From: Bacteroidota bacterium
Lineage (GTDB): Bacteria; Bacteroidota; Ignavibacteria; Kapaibacteriales; HRBIN21
Length of the DNA stretch: 64,000 nt
Direction of reading: 5' to 3'
Assembly: GCA_030550275.1 (NCBI GenBank)
Contig: JAUQPR010000003.1
Location: forward strand, 69,571-133,570
Below the pieces are notes generated by a model that made no database searches, was not told where the DNA came from, and was given only the letters and a program-made list of their open reading frames with translations. The number at the start of each line of letters is the position of its first letter. Position 1 is the first letter of the stretch. Both the position numbers and the translations under genes were made by a program. Positions 38,417 to 47,635 of this stretch are shown here, piece by piece.

Positions 38417-39898
38417 ATGGGCAAACACCGCAAGCCTCGAGTTGGACTGCTCTACCACAAGACGAAGATCCTCTGCACGGTTGGTCCGGCTGTCTCCTCC
38501 CCGGAGAAGCTGGAGGAGCTGGTCGTGGCAGGGGCTGACGCCTTCCGGCTGAACTTCTCGCACGGGTCTGTCGAGATGCACGCCGCCTACGTCGGGTGGA
38601 TCCGCGAGGTGGAGCGGCGGACGGGCGTGTATCTCCCGATTGTCGTGGACCTCCCCGGACCGAAGCTGCGGGTGGGGGAGCTGGAGGGGAACTTCCTCGA
38701 GCTGCGCACGGGTGAGGAGGTGCTACTGGTGGATTCCTCCAGCGCAGGGCGTGCAATACCGCGGCATAAGGGAGGTGTGCCGGTCATCCCGGTTGAGTAT
38801 CCGACGTTGGCGGAGGACGTCAAGCCTGGGGATACCGTGCTCATCGATGACGGGCGCTTGCGGTTGCGGGTCCGCAGCAAGGAGGGAAAGGCAGTCCGCG
38901 CGGTGGTGGTCGCCGGAGGGATCTTGCACTCGCGCAAGGGGATCAACCTGCCAGGGGTAGCGATCTCACTGCCGAGCCTGACGCCGCGCGATTACGAGGG
39001 TATCCGCTTTGCGGCTGCCCATGGCTGCGAGTACGTAGCCGTGTCGTTTGTGCGCTCGGCGGAGGATATCAAAGCTGTACGCGCAGCGCTTGAGCAAGTG
39101 GGGAGCGATGCTTGGGTCATCGCAAAGATCGAGCGCCCTGAAGCCCTGGCGAGGATTGATGAGATTCTCTCCGTCTCCGACGCCCTCATGATTGCCCGAG
39201 GGGACCTTGGGGTCGAAATCCCCGCTGTCCAGGTACCGTTGGTGCAGAAGCGGCTCATCGAGCTTGCCCGGCGCTCTGCCAAGCCGGTCATCACCGCAAC
39301 GCAGATGCTGGAGAGCATGGTGCACAACCCAGTTCCGACCCGCGCCGAAGCCAGCGACGTTGCAAACGCAGTGCTGGATGGAACCGACGCGGTCATGCTC
39401 AGCGCGGAGACCTCTGTGGGCGCCTATCCGGTCGAGGCGGTAGCGACCATGCGCTCGATCTGCCAAGAGGCTGAGCGGGCGCTGAAGGTACACCCGGAGG
39501 TGGTGCAGCCACTTGTGGAGAGTGGAGCACCAGAGCAGCTCGTCACGGACGCGATTGCGGCGGCAGCGGCGGCAATCGCTGCCGAACGGCGGGTCAGCGG
39601 AATCGCCTCCCTGACGCTTTCGGGCGAGACGGTGCGCCTGATATCCAAGCGGTATCCACCCGTGCCGATCATCGCCGTGACCCAGAGCGTCCATGTTGCG
39701 CGCCGGGTCGGGCTGCTGTGGGGAACGGTCGGGGTGGTCATCGAGCGCGTGGGGTCCACCGACGAGACCATTGAGGAGGTCAAGCGGCTGCTGCGGGAGC
39801 GCGGCTTCTTCCTGCCGCGGGAGCGCATCCTCATCACCATTGGACGACCGATTGTGAGCCGCTCTCGGACCAACATGCTCTCCATCGAAACCCTGTAG
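38417..39898 (+). CDS. pyk: Pyruvate kinase
   Basis: KTKILCTVGP, RLNFSHG, DLPGPKLR, IAKIE, MIARGDLGVE, ATQMLESM and DAVMLSAET. Confidence 0.97.
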   Translation: MGKHRKPRVGLLYHKTKILCTVGPAVSSPEKLEELVVAGADAFRLNFSHGSVEMHAAYVGWIREVERRTGVYLPIVVDLPGPKLRVGELEGNFLELRTGEEVLLVDSSSAGRAIPRHKGGVPVIPVEYPTLAEDVKPGDTVLIDDGRLRLRVRSKEGKAVRAVVVAGGILHSRKGINLPGVAISLPSLTPRDYEGIRFAAAHGCEYVAVSFVRSAEDIKAVRAALEQVGSDAWVIAKIERPEALARIDEILSVSDALMIARGDLGVEIPAVQVPLVQKRLIELARRSAKPVITATQMLESMVHNPVPTRAEASDVANAVLDGTDAVMLSAETSVGAYPVEAVATMRSICQEAERALKVHPEVVQPLVESGAPEQLVTDAIAAAAAAIAAERRVSGIASLTLSGETVRLISKRYPPVPIIAVTQSVHVARRVGLLWGTVGVVIERVGSTDETIEEVKRLLRERGFFLPRERILITIGRPIVSRSRTNMLSIETL

Positions 39899-39921
39899 GT
39901 CGCACCAACGCGGTCGGTGCC

Positions 39922-40473
39922 ATGGAGGGTCGAGTGCTCGTGCCGATAGCCAATGGCACTGAGGAGATGGAGGCGGTGACCATCATTGACCTGCTGCGCC
40001 GCGCCGGGATTGCCGTCCTCGTTGCCGGAGAGAGCCCAATGGTGGTGTGCTCGCGTGGGGTGCGCATCGTGCCCGATGTGCTGCTGGAGGAGATTCCCGA
40101 AGAGGAGGAGTTCGCCGCAGTGGTGCTACCGGGAGGGACCCGTGGGACGGAGGCGCTGCTGCAGAATACGCATCTGGCGAGGATTCTCCAGGCGCAGCAT
40201 CGCCGGCGAGCTTACATCGGCGCAATCTGTGCTGCTCCCACGATCTTGGCTGCCCATGGGCTTTTGGAGCCCGATACCCCTGTCACCTCGCATCCTTCGG
40301 TAGCGGAGCAGCTTCGGGCGTATCTATACCGGACGGAACCGGTTGTGCGCGCCGGGCACATCCTCACCAGCCGCGGAGCCGGGACGGCGATCGCCTTCGC
40401 GCTGGAGCTCATTCGCCTATTGGTGGGCGATGACGCCGCAGCCGAGGTTGCTCGCCAGATCGTGCTCAACTGA
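39922..40473 (+). CDS. DJ-1/PfpI family glyoxalase/deglycase (YajL/ThiJ-like)
   Basis: GTEEMEAV, LPGG, AICAAP and TSRGAGTA. Confidence 0.92.
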   Translation: MEGRVLVPIANGTEEMEAVTIIDLLRRAGIAVLVAGESPMVVCSRGVRIVPDVLLEEIPEEEEFAAVVLPGGTRGTEALLQNTHLARILQAQHRRRAYIGAICAAPTILAAHGLLEPDTPVTSHPSVAEQLRAYLYRTEPVVRAGHILTSRGAGTAIAFALELIRLLVGDDAAAEVARQIVLN

Positions 40474-40476
40474 GGC

Positions 40477-41685
40477 TCACGGGAAGAGCCACTTCCACGG
40501 GTGGTAGCTCAGGCGGAGGAGCCCCAGCCGGTGGCTCCAGCCCAGGAGCACCTCTCCATCGGGGGTCACTGCAGGCACGAGCACCAGTGGTGGTGCCTCC
40601 GAGAGCGAAAGGACCTCCCGAAGGCTGCCATCCTCGCGGGAGAGCACGTATGCTCCGAGCGCTCCACCCTGGCGGGCAAGGCACAGCAGCGCCTGGCGAA
40701 AGACGATTGGTGGCGCTGTAAGCTCCGCTTGCAGGTACAGCTTCCAGAGTAGCTTCCCTTGGCGCGAAAAGCACAGAACGCCGGAGATGGGATTGCCCAC
40801 CCCCGTGCTGCCGATGCCGACGTAGAGCGAGGAATCCGCAGTGGCGAGGAAGCGCGCCGGTGCCGGTAGAAGCTGGGACCACAGCAGCTCCCCCGTGGGC
40901 GAGAATGCATGGAGCACAGCAGCAGGCGAGGACTCCGGATTGTAGCGGATTCCAGCAACGGCAAGGAAGCGGTCGCCCACAACGGGTCCACTCGAGATCG
41001 CCGTCAGCGGAAGGGCGCGCGCCCAGCGCTGCTGCCCGGTGGAGGCATCCAGGAGCACCAGTGTATCGGTTTCCCCAGGGACGCCTGGTCCGCTGGAGAG
41101 AGCGACCGCATCTGCAAATGCCGCAGGAAGCCGTCCGATAGGAGCGGCTCGATTGGAGCGCCATCGCAACCGCCCATCGCCGCTGAAGCAGAGGAGCTCT
41201 CCAGCCAGGCTTGCTGCAAGGACGCCATCGGAGAATGGCAGGAGATGAGCATAGGCGGCGCCGGAATCCAGCGGGGCAAACGCAGCCGTGCTCCAGAGCA
41301 GCTTGCCCTCGTGGGAGAGGGCGTAGAGCACGCCATCAGTTGCCAAAGCGTACACCCGGGAACTATCGGCGGCAAGGGAGGTAGCAATCGCACCACCAGG
41401 AAGCCGGAAGAGCCAATCCACCCGAGTGGGCGAGACCGATAGGAGCGAGCCCCCGGAGGTTGCCATAATCCAGCGCCGTGAGGAGAGCACCAATGGTGGG
41501 ACAACGCACCCGCTTGTGTCCGCTGCATCCAGAGGCAGCAGGAGGGGAATGCTCGGAGGGAGTTCGGCTGCTGCGCTGTAGTTGCTGCTCCGCTGTGGAG
41601 TCCCCAGCGCGGCGGGGAGCTCCCATTGCTCCCGCTGGCAGGCGCACAGCAGCAGGAGTGCCAGAAGACCAGCGCGTGTGTTCAT
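40477..41685 (-). CDS. PQQ-like beta-propeller lipoprotein
   Basis: LLLLCAC lipobox and repeated G.L.W blades (GKLLW, GRLRW, TGQQRW, GELLW). Confidence 0.75.
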   Translation of the reverse strand: MNTRAGLLALLLLCACQREQWELPAALGTPQRSSNYSAAAELPPSIPLLLPLDAADTSGCVVPPLVLSSRRWIMATSGGSLLSVSPTRVDWLFRLPGGAIATSLAADSSRVYALATDGVLYALSHEGKLLWSTAAFAPLDSGAAYAHLLPFSDGVLAASLAGELLCFSGDGRLRWRSNRAAPIGRLPAAFADAVALSSGPGVPGETDTLVLLDASTGQQRWARALPLTAISSGPVVGDRFLAVAGIRYNPESSPAAVLHAFSPTGELLWSQLLPAPARFLATADSSLYVGIGSTGVGNPISGVLCFSRQGKLLWKLYLQAELTAPPIVFRQALLCLARQGGALGAYVLSREDGSLREVLSLSEAPPLVLVPAVTPDGEVLLGWSHRLGLLRLSYHPWKWLFP

Positions 41686-43208
41686 CCGGACGCTCCCTCG
41701 GGTGAGGCGTTCACCGGTTTGCCCCGATGCCGGCGGAAGCGCTCCTCCTGGTAGGCGAGTGCCTCTGCCAGTAGGCGCTCCTTGTTCTGGAGCAGGTAGT
41801 CGCGGACGGCATCGTGCTCGTTGGGGACAAGCCCATCCAGGATTGCCCGTTCGAGGGCTTTTTTGATGTAGCCCACTGCGGGCGAAGGCGGCAGCCCGCA
41901 CAGCTGCATGATCTCCTCCCCGCGCACCGGGGATTGGAAGGCGCGCAGCCGGTCACGCTCCTGCACCTCCAGAATGCGCCGTTCCAGTGCGTCGTAGTTT
42001 GCCAGGAAGCGCTGTGCCAGCTCTGGGTTGCGCGTTGTGATATCGGCGCGGCACAGCAGTAGCAGATCCTCCAGTGCATCGCCGGCTTGGACGATCAGGC
42101 GGCGAATAGCCGAGTCGGTGACACCTTCATCCACGAGCGCTTGCGGGCGCTGGTGGAGGCGGACCAAGGTCTGCACGTAGGCGAGCTCGGACATCGGCAG
42201 GCGCATTCGGCGGAAGATGCTCTCCAGCATGCGCGCGCCCACCTCTTCGTGCCCGTGGAAGGTCCAGCCGACGCCCTCAACGAAGCGCTTCGTCCGGGCT
42301 TTTCCGATATCGTGCACCAGGGCAGCAAAACGGAGCCAGAGCTTGTCGGAGCGGGCAGCAACGTTATCGAGCACCTGCAGCGTGTGGCGCAGAACATCTT
42401 TGTGCCCGTAGGCGTAGGGACCCTGGCGCACAAGCTCCACGCCCGCCAGTTGGTGCAGCTCGGGGAAGATGAACTTGAGAAGCCCGCACTGGTAGAGCAG
42501 GAGCAGCCCCTTACCCGGGTGCGGAGTGGAGAGAATCTTGAGCAGCTCCTCGGTCACGCGCTCCTGCGAGACGATTTGGATGCGCGATGCCAGCCGGGTC
42601 ATCGCCTGGCGGGCATCCTCGGCAAGGGTTCCATCGAGCGCTGCCACAAAGCGGGCTGCCCGCATCATCCGCAGCGGGTCTTCGTTGAAGGTTACCCACG
42701 GGTCCAGCGGAGTCCGGATGTAGCGCTGATGGAGGTCCTGCAGACCGCCGAAGAGGTCAACGAGGGCACCCCAGTACGGCTGGTTGAGCGCAAGCGCCAT
42801 TGCGTTGATGGTGAAATCGCGCCGGCGCAAGTCGTCCCAGAGGGTGCCCTCCTGCACAATCGGCTTGCGGGAGTGCTCTTCGTAGACCTCCGTTCGGGTG
42901 CCGACGAATTCGCAGCGGTACTCGCCGATGGGCACCAGTGCCGTGCGGAAGCGTTCGTAGACGACGGCTTTCGAACGGAAGCGGCGTGCCACCCGCCGGG
43001 CAAAGGCGATAGCATCGCCGATGACGGTGAAGTCCATATCCTTGCGGGCACTCCCGAGCAGGAGGTCGCGCACGTAGCCCCCGACGACGAAGAGCCCAAT
43101 GCCCTCTTTGTCGGCGAGCGTGCCGAGCTTGTACAGGAGCGGGTCGGCAAGCTCCAGCCGGGGTGCTCGCTCCAGGTAGTCCACGACGTCGGCAGGGAGT
43201 GGGCTCAT
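41682..43208 (-). CDS. CCA-adding tRNA nucleotidyltransferase (poly(A) polymerase family, HD domain)
   Basis: VGGYVRDLLL, DMD, DDLRRRDFTINAMA, EDPLRMMRAARF and HDIGK. Confidence 0.9.
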   Translation of the reverse strand: MSPLPADVVDYLERAPRLELADPLLYKLGTLADKEGIGLFVVGGYVRDLLLGSARKDMDFTVIGDAIAFARRVARRFRSKAVVYERFRTALVPIGEYRCEFVGTRTEVYEEHSRKPIVQEGTLWDDLRRRDFTINAMALALNQPYWGALVDLFGGLQDLHQRYIRTPLDPWVTFNEDPLRMMRAARFVAALDGTLAEDARQAMTRLASRIQIVSQERVTEELLKILSTPHPGKGLLLLYQCGLLKFIFPELHQLAGVELVRQGPYAYGHKDVLRHTLQVLDNVAARSDKLWLRFAALVHDIGKARTKRFVEGVGWTFHGHEEVGARMLESIFRRMRLPMSELAYVQTLVRLHQRPQALVDEGVTDSAIRRLIVQAGDALEDLLLLCRADITTRNPELAQRFLANYDALERRILEVQERDRLRAFQSPVRGEEIMQLCGLPPSPAVGYIKKALERAILDGLVPNEHDAVRDYLLQNKERLLAEALAYQEERFRRHRGKPVNASPEGASG

Positions 43209-44878
43209 TCCTGCACAGCCCCGTAGTGGAACCGCTGGTAGTGCTCGGAGCGGAAGCGCTCCTGGACCTCTGCAATGGACTCCTCCGGCATCCCCAGTTG
43301 CCGCATCAGGATAGCGATGATGTGTAAGGAGGCTTCGAACTCTTCGGCGACCACGGCGGAGGCGCCAGCGTCGTAGAGTGGCTCGATCTGCGCCACAAAG
43401 CGAGTGCGTACGATGATGAACGCCTCTGGTGCCACCGTTCGGGCAACGGCAACGGCTTGGGGGAGGCGCAGCGTATCCGAGATGGCGAGCACTATCACGC
43501 GCGCTTGGTCTGCTCCGGCTCGGCGCAGTGCGCGCTCGTCGGTGCAATCGCCCTGAATGACGCGCTCCCCCCGTGCACGCAGCTCAGCAACGGTCCTGGG
43601 GTTGAGCTCCATGACGGCAAAGGAGATCCCCACTGAGCGGAGGACTGCGCACACGTTCTGCCCACTCACTCCGTAGCCGATGACCAGGACGTCGCTGGCG
43701 GGGAGCTCTGCTGCCGTCGGGCTCGCAGACGGCGCAAGGCGTTCTGCGATGCTGTAGAGCACAGGTGTCAGCATCATGCTCAGCACGAGCGCTCCCAGAA
43801 GCTGCTGCGTTGTTGCCGCCGAGAGGAGCTCAGTCCTGCTGCCGATGTTCACAAGTACGAAGGAGAACTCCCCGATATTGGACAGCAGCACTGCTGTCAG
43901 CAGTGCCGTCCGCAGCGGATAGCGCAGCAGGACGAAGAGCACTGTGATGAGAAGCGCTTTCCCCAGAACGATTGCCACCGCAAGCAACACTACGCTTGCC
44001 CACATCTGCCACAACGAAGCCGAAAGCGAAAGTCCCACCGCCAGGAAGAACACCGCCGCAAAGGCATCGCGGAAGGGCTCGATGGCAAAGGTCAGATGGT
44101 ACCGCTCGCGGATGCCGGAGAGCGCCAAGCCCACCAGAAATGCCCCCAAGCCCGTGGGGATGTTCAAATGCTCGCTCAGCACCGCCGAACCAATGCCCAG
44201 GGAGAGCGCCAGGAGCACGACGAGCTCGCGCGAAATAGGCAGGCGCAAGCCACGCAGGAGCAGCGGAACGCCCCATCGGACCAGCAGGAACAGCAGCACT
44301 GCTCCGGTGAGAACTGCCCCAAAATGCACAAGGAAGGCAGCCGCGTTGCTCGAGTGGGTACTGCTCCCCAGCGTCTCCATCGCAAGGATGAGCGGACCAA
44401 TCGCCAGGTCTTGAAACAGCAGCACTCCAAGGGCGGCTCTGCCGTGCACGGTGGAGAGTTCGCCCTGCTTGCTCAAGAGTTGCAACCCCAGGGCAGTGCT
44501 GCTGAGGCAGACGATAAAGCCAGCGCTCAGGGCTGCCGGCACGGATGCGTCGGCAACTCCATGCCAGATGAGAGCAGCCAAGCCGATAGTCGACAGGATC
44601 TGAAGCGAGCCACCGAGCAGCGCTGGATAGCGCAACAGCCACAACTCTTTGGGCGAGAACTCCAAGCCGATGGCAAAGAGTAGCAGGATCACCCCGAGCT
44701 CGCCCAGGAGGCGGATCCCCTCTGGGTCGCTGAGTGCACCGAGGGTAGAGGGTCCGAGCACAACGCCGGCGATGAGCAAGCCCAGCGCGGGGGGAAGGCG
44801 CAGCCGCTCAAACAGCGCGATGATGGCAAACGCCACCCCCAGCACAAGCGCCAGTTGGGACAGAAATGCCGAAGGCAT
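43205..44878 (-). CDS. CPA2-family cation:proton antiporter (Kef-like) with TrkA-N domain
   Basis: LLFAIGLEFS, LSSTA, LLFQD, GAFLVG and IGEFSFV motifs, plus a C-terminal IGYG Rossmann domain. Confidence 0.9.
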   Translation of the reverse strand: MPSAFLSQLALVLGVAFAIIALFERLRLPPALGLLIAGVVLGPSTLGALSDPEGIRLLGELGVILLLFAIGLEFSPKELWLLRYPALLGGSLQILSTIGLAALIWHGVADASVPAALSAGFIVCLSSTALGLQLLSKQGELSTVHGRAALGVLLFQDLAIGPLILAMETLGSSTHSSNAAAFLVHFGAVLTGAVLLFLLVRWGVPLLLRGLRLPISRELVVLLALSLGIGSAVLSEHLNIPTGLGAFLVGLALSGIRERYHLTFAIEPFRDAFAAVFFLAVGLSLSASLWQMWASVVLLAVAIVLGKALLITVLFVLLRYPLRTALLTAVLLSNIGEFSFVLVNIGSRTELLSAATTQQLLGALVLSMMLTPVLYSIAERLAPSASPTAAELPASDVLVIGYGVSGQNVCAVLRSVGISFAVMELNPRTVAELRARGERVIQGDCTDERALRRAGADQARVIVLAISDTLRLPQAVAVARTVAPEAFIIVRTRFVAQIEPLYDAGASAVVAEEFEASLHIIAILMRQLGMPEESIAEVQERFRSEHYQRFHYGAVQE

Positions 44879-44921
44879 CAGGGAAGCAGGGGCTTAGTTG
44901 TTTTGGGTTGAAGCAGGCACT

Positions 44922-45944
44922 CTACGGCTGCCCATCGGTTGGGGTGTACGTCGGAACGTCGATGACGCGGCGAAGACCCGTGCTGCCACGGTCGCGGCGC
45001 TCGATGGCAACCAACGCAGCGGCGTAGATCTCGCGCCAGGTGACACCGAACTTCTCCATCAGCTCCTCCGGCTCGCCGCTGCCGCCGAAGGTATCGCGAA
45101 TGCCCACGAACTCAATTGGGACGGGGTAGTTCTTCGCCACAATCTCGGCAACGGCGCTGCCCATGCCTCCGTGGATCTGGTGCTCCTCGGCGGTCACGAT
45201 TGCCCCGCACTCGCGGGCAGCAGCCACGATGGTCTCGATGTCCATCGGCTTGATGGTGTGGTTGTTGATGACCCGTGCCTGGATGCCGCGCTTGGCAAGC
45301 ATATCGGCTGCCAGGAGCGCTTCCCAGACCATTGCGCCGCAGGCGATGATGGCAACATCGTTGCCCTCGCGGAAGATCTCCGCTCGCCCGAGCTGGAAGG
45401 GTGTCTCCTCCGTGGTGAACCAGGGAACGGCGGCGCGCCCGAAGCGAACGTACGCCGGACCCCACATCTCGCCGATGGCGATGGTGGCTTTCTTGGTCTC
45501 CATGTAGTCGCACGGCACCACCAGGGTCATCTTGGGAAGGGTCCGGATGACGGCGATCTCCTCCAGCGCCTGGTGCGTTGCGCCATCCGGACCGACGCTC
45601 ACGCCGGCATGCCCTCCGCCGATCTTCACGTTGACCTCGTTGTAGCAGACCGAGATTCTGAGCTGGTCGGCATTGCGGAAGGCGCAGAAGGCGCCGTAGC
45701 TGGCAAAGAAGGGGATCTTGCCCGAAAGGGCTAATCCGACGGCGATCGTTGTGGCGTTTTGCTCGGCAACCCCGATGGAGAAGAAGCGGTCAGGGAATCG
45801 GTCGCGGAAGAGCGAGGTCATGACCGATTCGGTGATGTCCCCACCGAGCACGACGACGTTGTCGTAGCGTTCACCGAGCACGACCAGCCCTTCCCCAAAG
45901 CCTTGGCGAGTTGGTTTCTTGCCCAGGAGCCGAAATTCCGGCAT
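44922..45944 (-). CDS. Transketolase C-terminal subunit
   Basis: GVAEQN, GPDGATHQALE, TIKP and TAEEH..GGMGSAVAE. Confidence 0.92.
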   Translation of the reverse strand: MPEFRLLGKKPTRQGFGEGLVVLGERYDNVVVLGGDITESVMTSLFRDRFPDRFFSIGVAEQNATTIAVGLALSGKIPFFASYGAFCAFRNADQLRISVCYNEVNVKIGGGHAGVSVGPDGATHQALEEIAVIRTLPKMTLVVPCDYMETKKATIAIGEMWGPAYVRFGRAAVPWFTTEETPFQLGRAEIFREGNDVAIIACGAMVWEALLAADMLAKRGIQARVINNHTIKPMDIETIVAAARECGAIVTAEEHQIHGGMGSAVAEIVAKNYPVPIEFVGIRDTFGGSGEPEELMEKFGVTWREIYAAALVAIERRDRGSTGLRRVIDVPTYTPTDGQP

Positions 45945-45953
45945 GGTCTCCGC

Positions 45954-46583
45954 TCAAGGATTGTTCAACGAGCGAGCAAATCGGCTGTAGCGCTCCTGCG
46001 GGAGATAGTCCAGCAGGCGCGCCCAGGAGAGCGCTTGCGGCAATCGCCCACCCTCCCCATGAATCAGGAAGCGCCCGTAGAGCAGCGCGCGCAGCTTCCC
46101 GTTGCGCGTAGTTTGGTCCCAGAGCACGTAGCCGCTGCCCGAGGGCAGACGCACGAACTCCAGCACCTGCGCGGGGTAGTCCTTCCCCGGCGCCTGGAGA
46201 TGGCGCTGCTCCTGCTGCAGCTCGGTGGGGACCTCCGCAAGGTCGCTCACGCTCAGCCAGAGGTAGCCTCTGTTGGAGAAGCGGAACTCCCGTGTTGCCG
46301 TGGTGATGGCGCCTTCGGGCTCGCGGACCCGGCGCCCGAAGGTTGCGGGGAAGACCTCTCGGACCTCCGGCAGCGTGGTTGGCAGAAGGGTTGCCAACGT
46401 CTCCGCGGGCACTGCCGAGAGCGCACCACCGGAGGGAACGGGTGCCGGAGCCGGCGTACCCGAGACCGGCGCTGCAGCCGCTGGTTGCTCTGCGGTGGGG
46501 GCAGCCGACCCCGGTGCCGGGCTCTCCGGACGCGCGCATCCCAGCAGGGCAGCGGTGCCGATGCAGAGGAGCCAGCGACTCAT
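45954..46583 (-). CDS. Hypothetical lipoprotein with Pro/Ala-rich linker
   Basis: MSRWLLCIGTAALLGC lipobox, P/A-rich linker, then a globular domain. Overlaps the upstream gene by 4 nt. Confidence 0.7.
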   Translation of the reverse strand: MSRWLLCIGTAALLGCARPESPAPGSAAPTAEQPAAAAPVSGTPAPAPVPSGGALSAVPAETLATLLPTTLPEVREVFPATFGRRVREPEGAITTATREFRFSNRGYLWLSVSDLAEVPTELQQEQRHLQAPGKDYPAQVLEFVRLPSGSGYVLWDQTTRNGKLRALLYGRFLIHGEGGRLPQALSWARLLDYLPQERYSRFARSLNNP

Positions 46584-47506
46584 GTTGCCTCGCTGGGTTC
46601 GACAACGGCGATGTAGGGGTCCTCCAGCTCCTGCAATGCCCGCAGTGCCTGTTCGGGTGTGGGAGGCTTCCCGTGCCAGCGGTAGTCGTCCTCCATGAAG
46701 GAGACGCCCTTGCCCATCTTCGTGTGGGCGATGATGACGGTCGGCTTGCCAATGCCACGGCGATGGTTCTCCAGGAACTGCTCAAAGCAGGCGGCGAGTT
46801 GGGCGTAGTCGTGTCCGTCGCACTCGAGCACCTCGAAGCCGAATGCCTCGAACTTCTTGTCCAGCGGGTAGATGCTCATGACGTCGCGGACCCGCCCGTC
46901 AATCTGGCAGTCGTTGTTGTCCACAATCCAGCACAGGTTATCCAGCCGGTAGTGTGCGGCAGCCATAGCGGCTTCCCAGACCGAGCCCTCCTGGAGCTCG
47001 CCATCGCCGGTGAGGGAGAAGACGCGCCGGTCGTTCTTGTCCAGCCACTTATCGCTGAGCGCCATGCCGACGGCGATGGAGATGCCCTGCCCCAGCGATG
47101 CGGTGGAGGTTTCGATGCCGGGCAAGCCCATATCGCGCCCAGGGTGCCCCTGGAGGCGGCTGCCGTACTTGCGTAGTGTGCGCAGCTCCTCGATGGGGAA
47201 GAATCCCGCCCGCGCCAAGGTCGAATACAGCACCGGACAGAGGTGCCCGGCGCTGAGCACATACCGATCGCGCCCAGGCCACCACGGCTCCTGCGGGCGA
47301 TAGCGCATGAAGCCACCGAAGAAGAGCACGGCGTGGATGTCGGCGGTGCCCAGTGGACCTCCGCTGTGCCCGGAGCCTGCCAGCACCAGCATTTTGATGA
47401 TGTCGCGCCGGATTTCACGGGCGATTTCGGCAAACTCGTGCGGCTGGCGTGGGCGATTCTCGTAGACGGTTGGGCTGAAGACGATGCGCAGGTTGTGCAC
47501 CTCCAT
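46580..47506 (-). CDS. Transketolase N-terminal subunit
   Basis: SGHSGG, DRYVLSAGH, LQGHP, SLGQG, GDGELQEG...N TPP motif and WHGK. Confidence 0.92.
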   Translation of the reverse strand: MEVHNLRIVFSPTVYENRPRQPHEFAEIAREIRRDIIKMLVLAGSGHSGGPLGTADIHAVLFFGGFMRYRPQEPWWPGRDRYVLSAGHLCPVLYSTLARAGFFPIEELRTLRKYGSRLQGHPGRDMGLPGIETSTASLGQGISIAVGMALSDKWLDKNDRRVFSLTGDGELQEGSVWEAAMAAAHYRLDNLCWIVDNNDCQIDGRVRDVMSIYPLDKKFEAFGFEVLECDGHDYAQLAACFEQFLENHRRGIGKPTVIIAHTKMGKGVSFMEDDYRWHGKPPTPEQALRALQELEDPYIAVVEPSEAT

Positions 47507-47542
47507 GGACGGTGCAGCAGTTGAGCAACTTGCAGTGTCACG

Positions 47543-47604
47543 CAAACTTACGAAAGCCCAGGCAGCGCGCCGGCTCAAGGGCTTGAAGCGGGGGCGTAAT
47601 TTTG
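47543..47604. promoter_or_regulatory. Divergent TAnnTTTG promoter pair (transketolase / gcvPA)
   Basis: TAAGTTTG on the minus strand (47543-47550) and TAATTTTG on the plus strand (47597-47604). Confidence 0.6.
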
Positions 47605-47635
47605 TGCCGGTTACACTGTCGCTCTCTTGCGCCAA

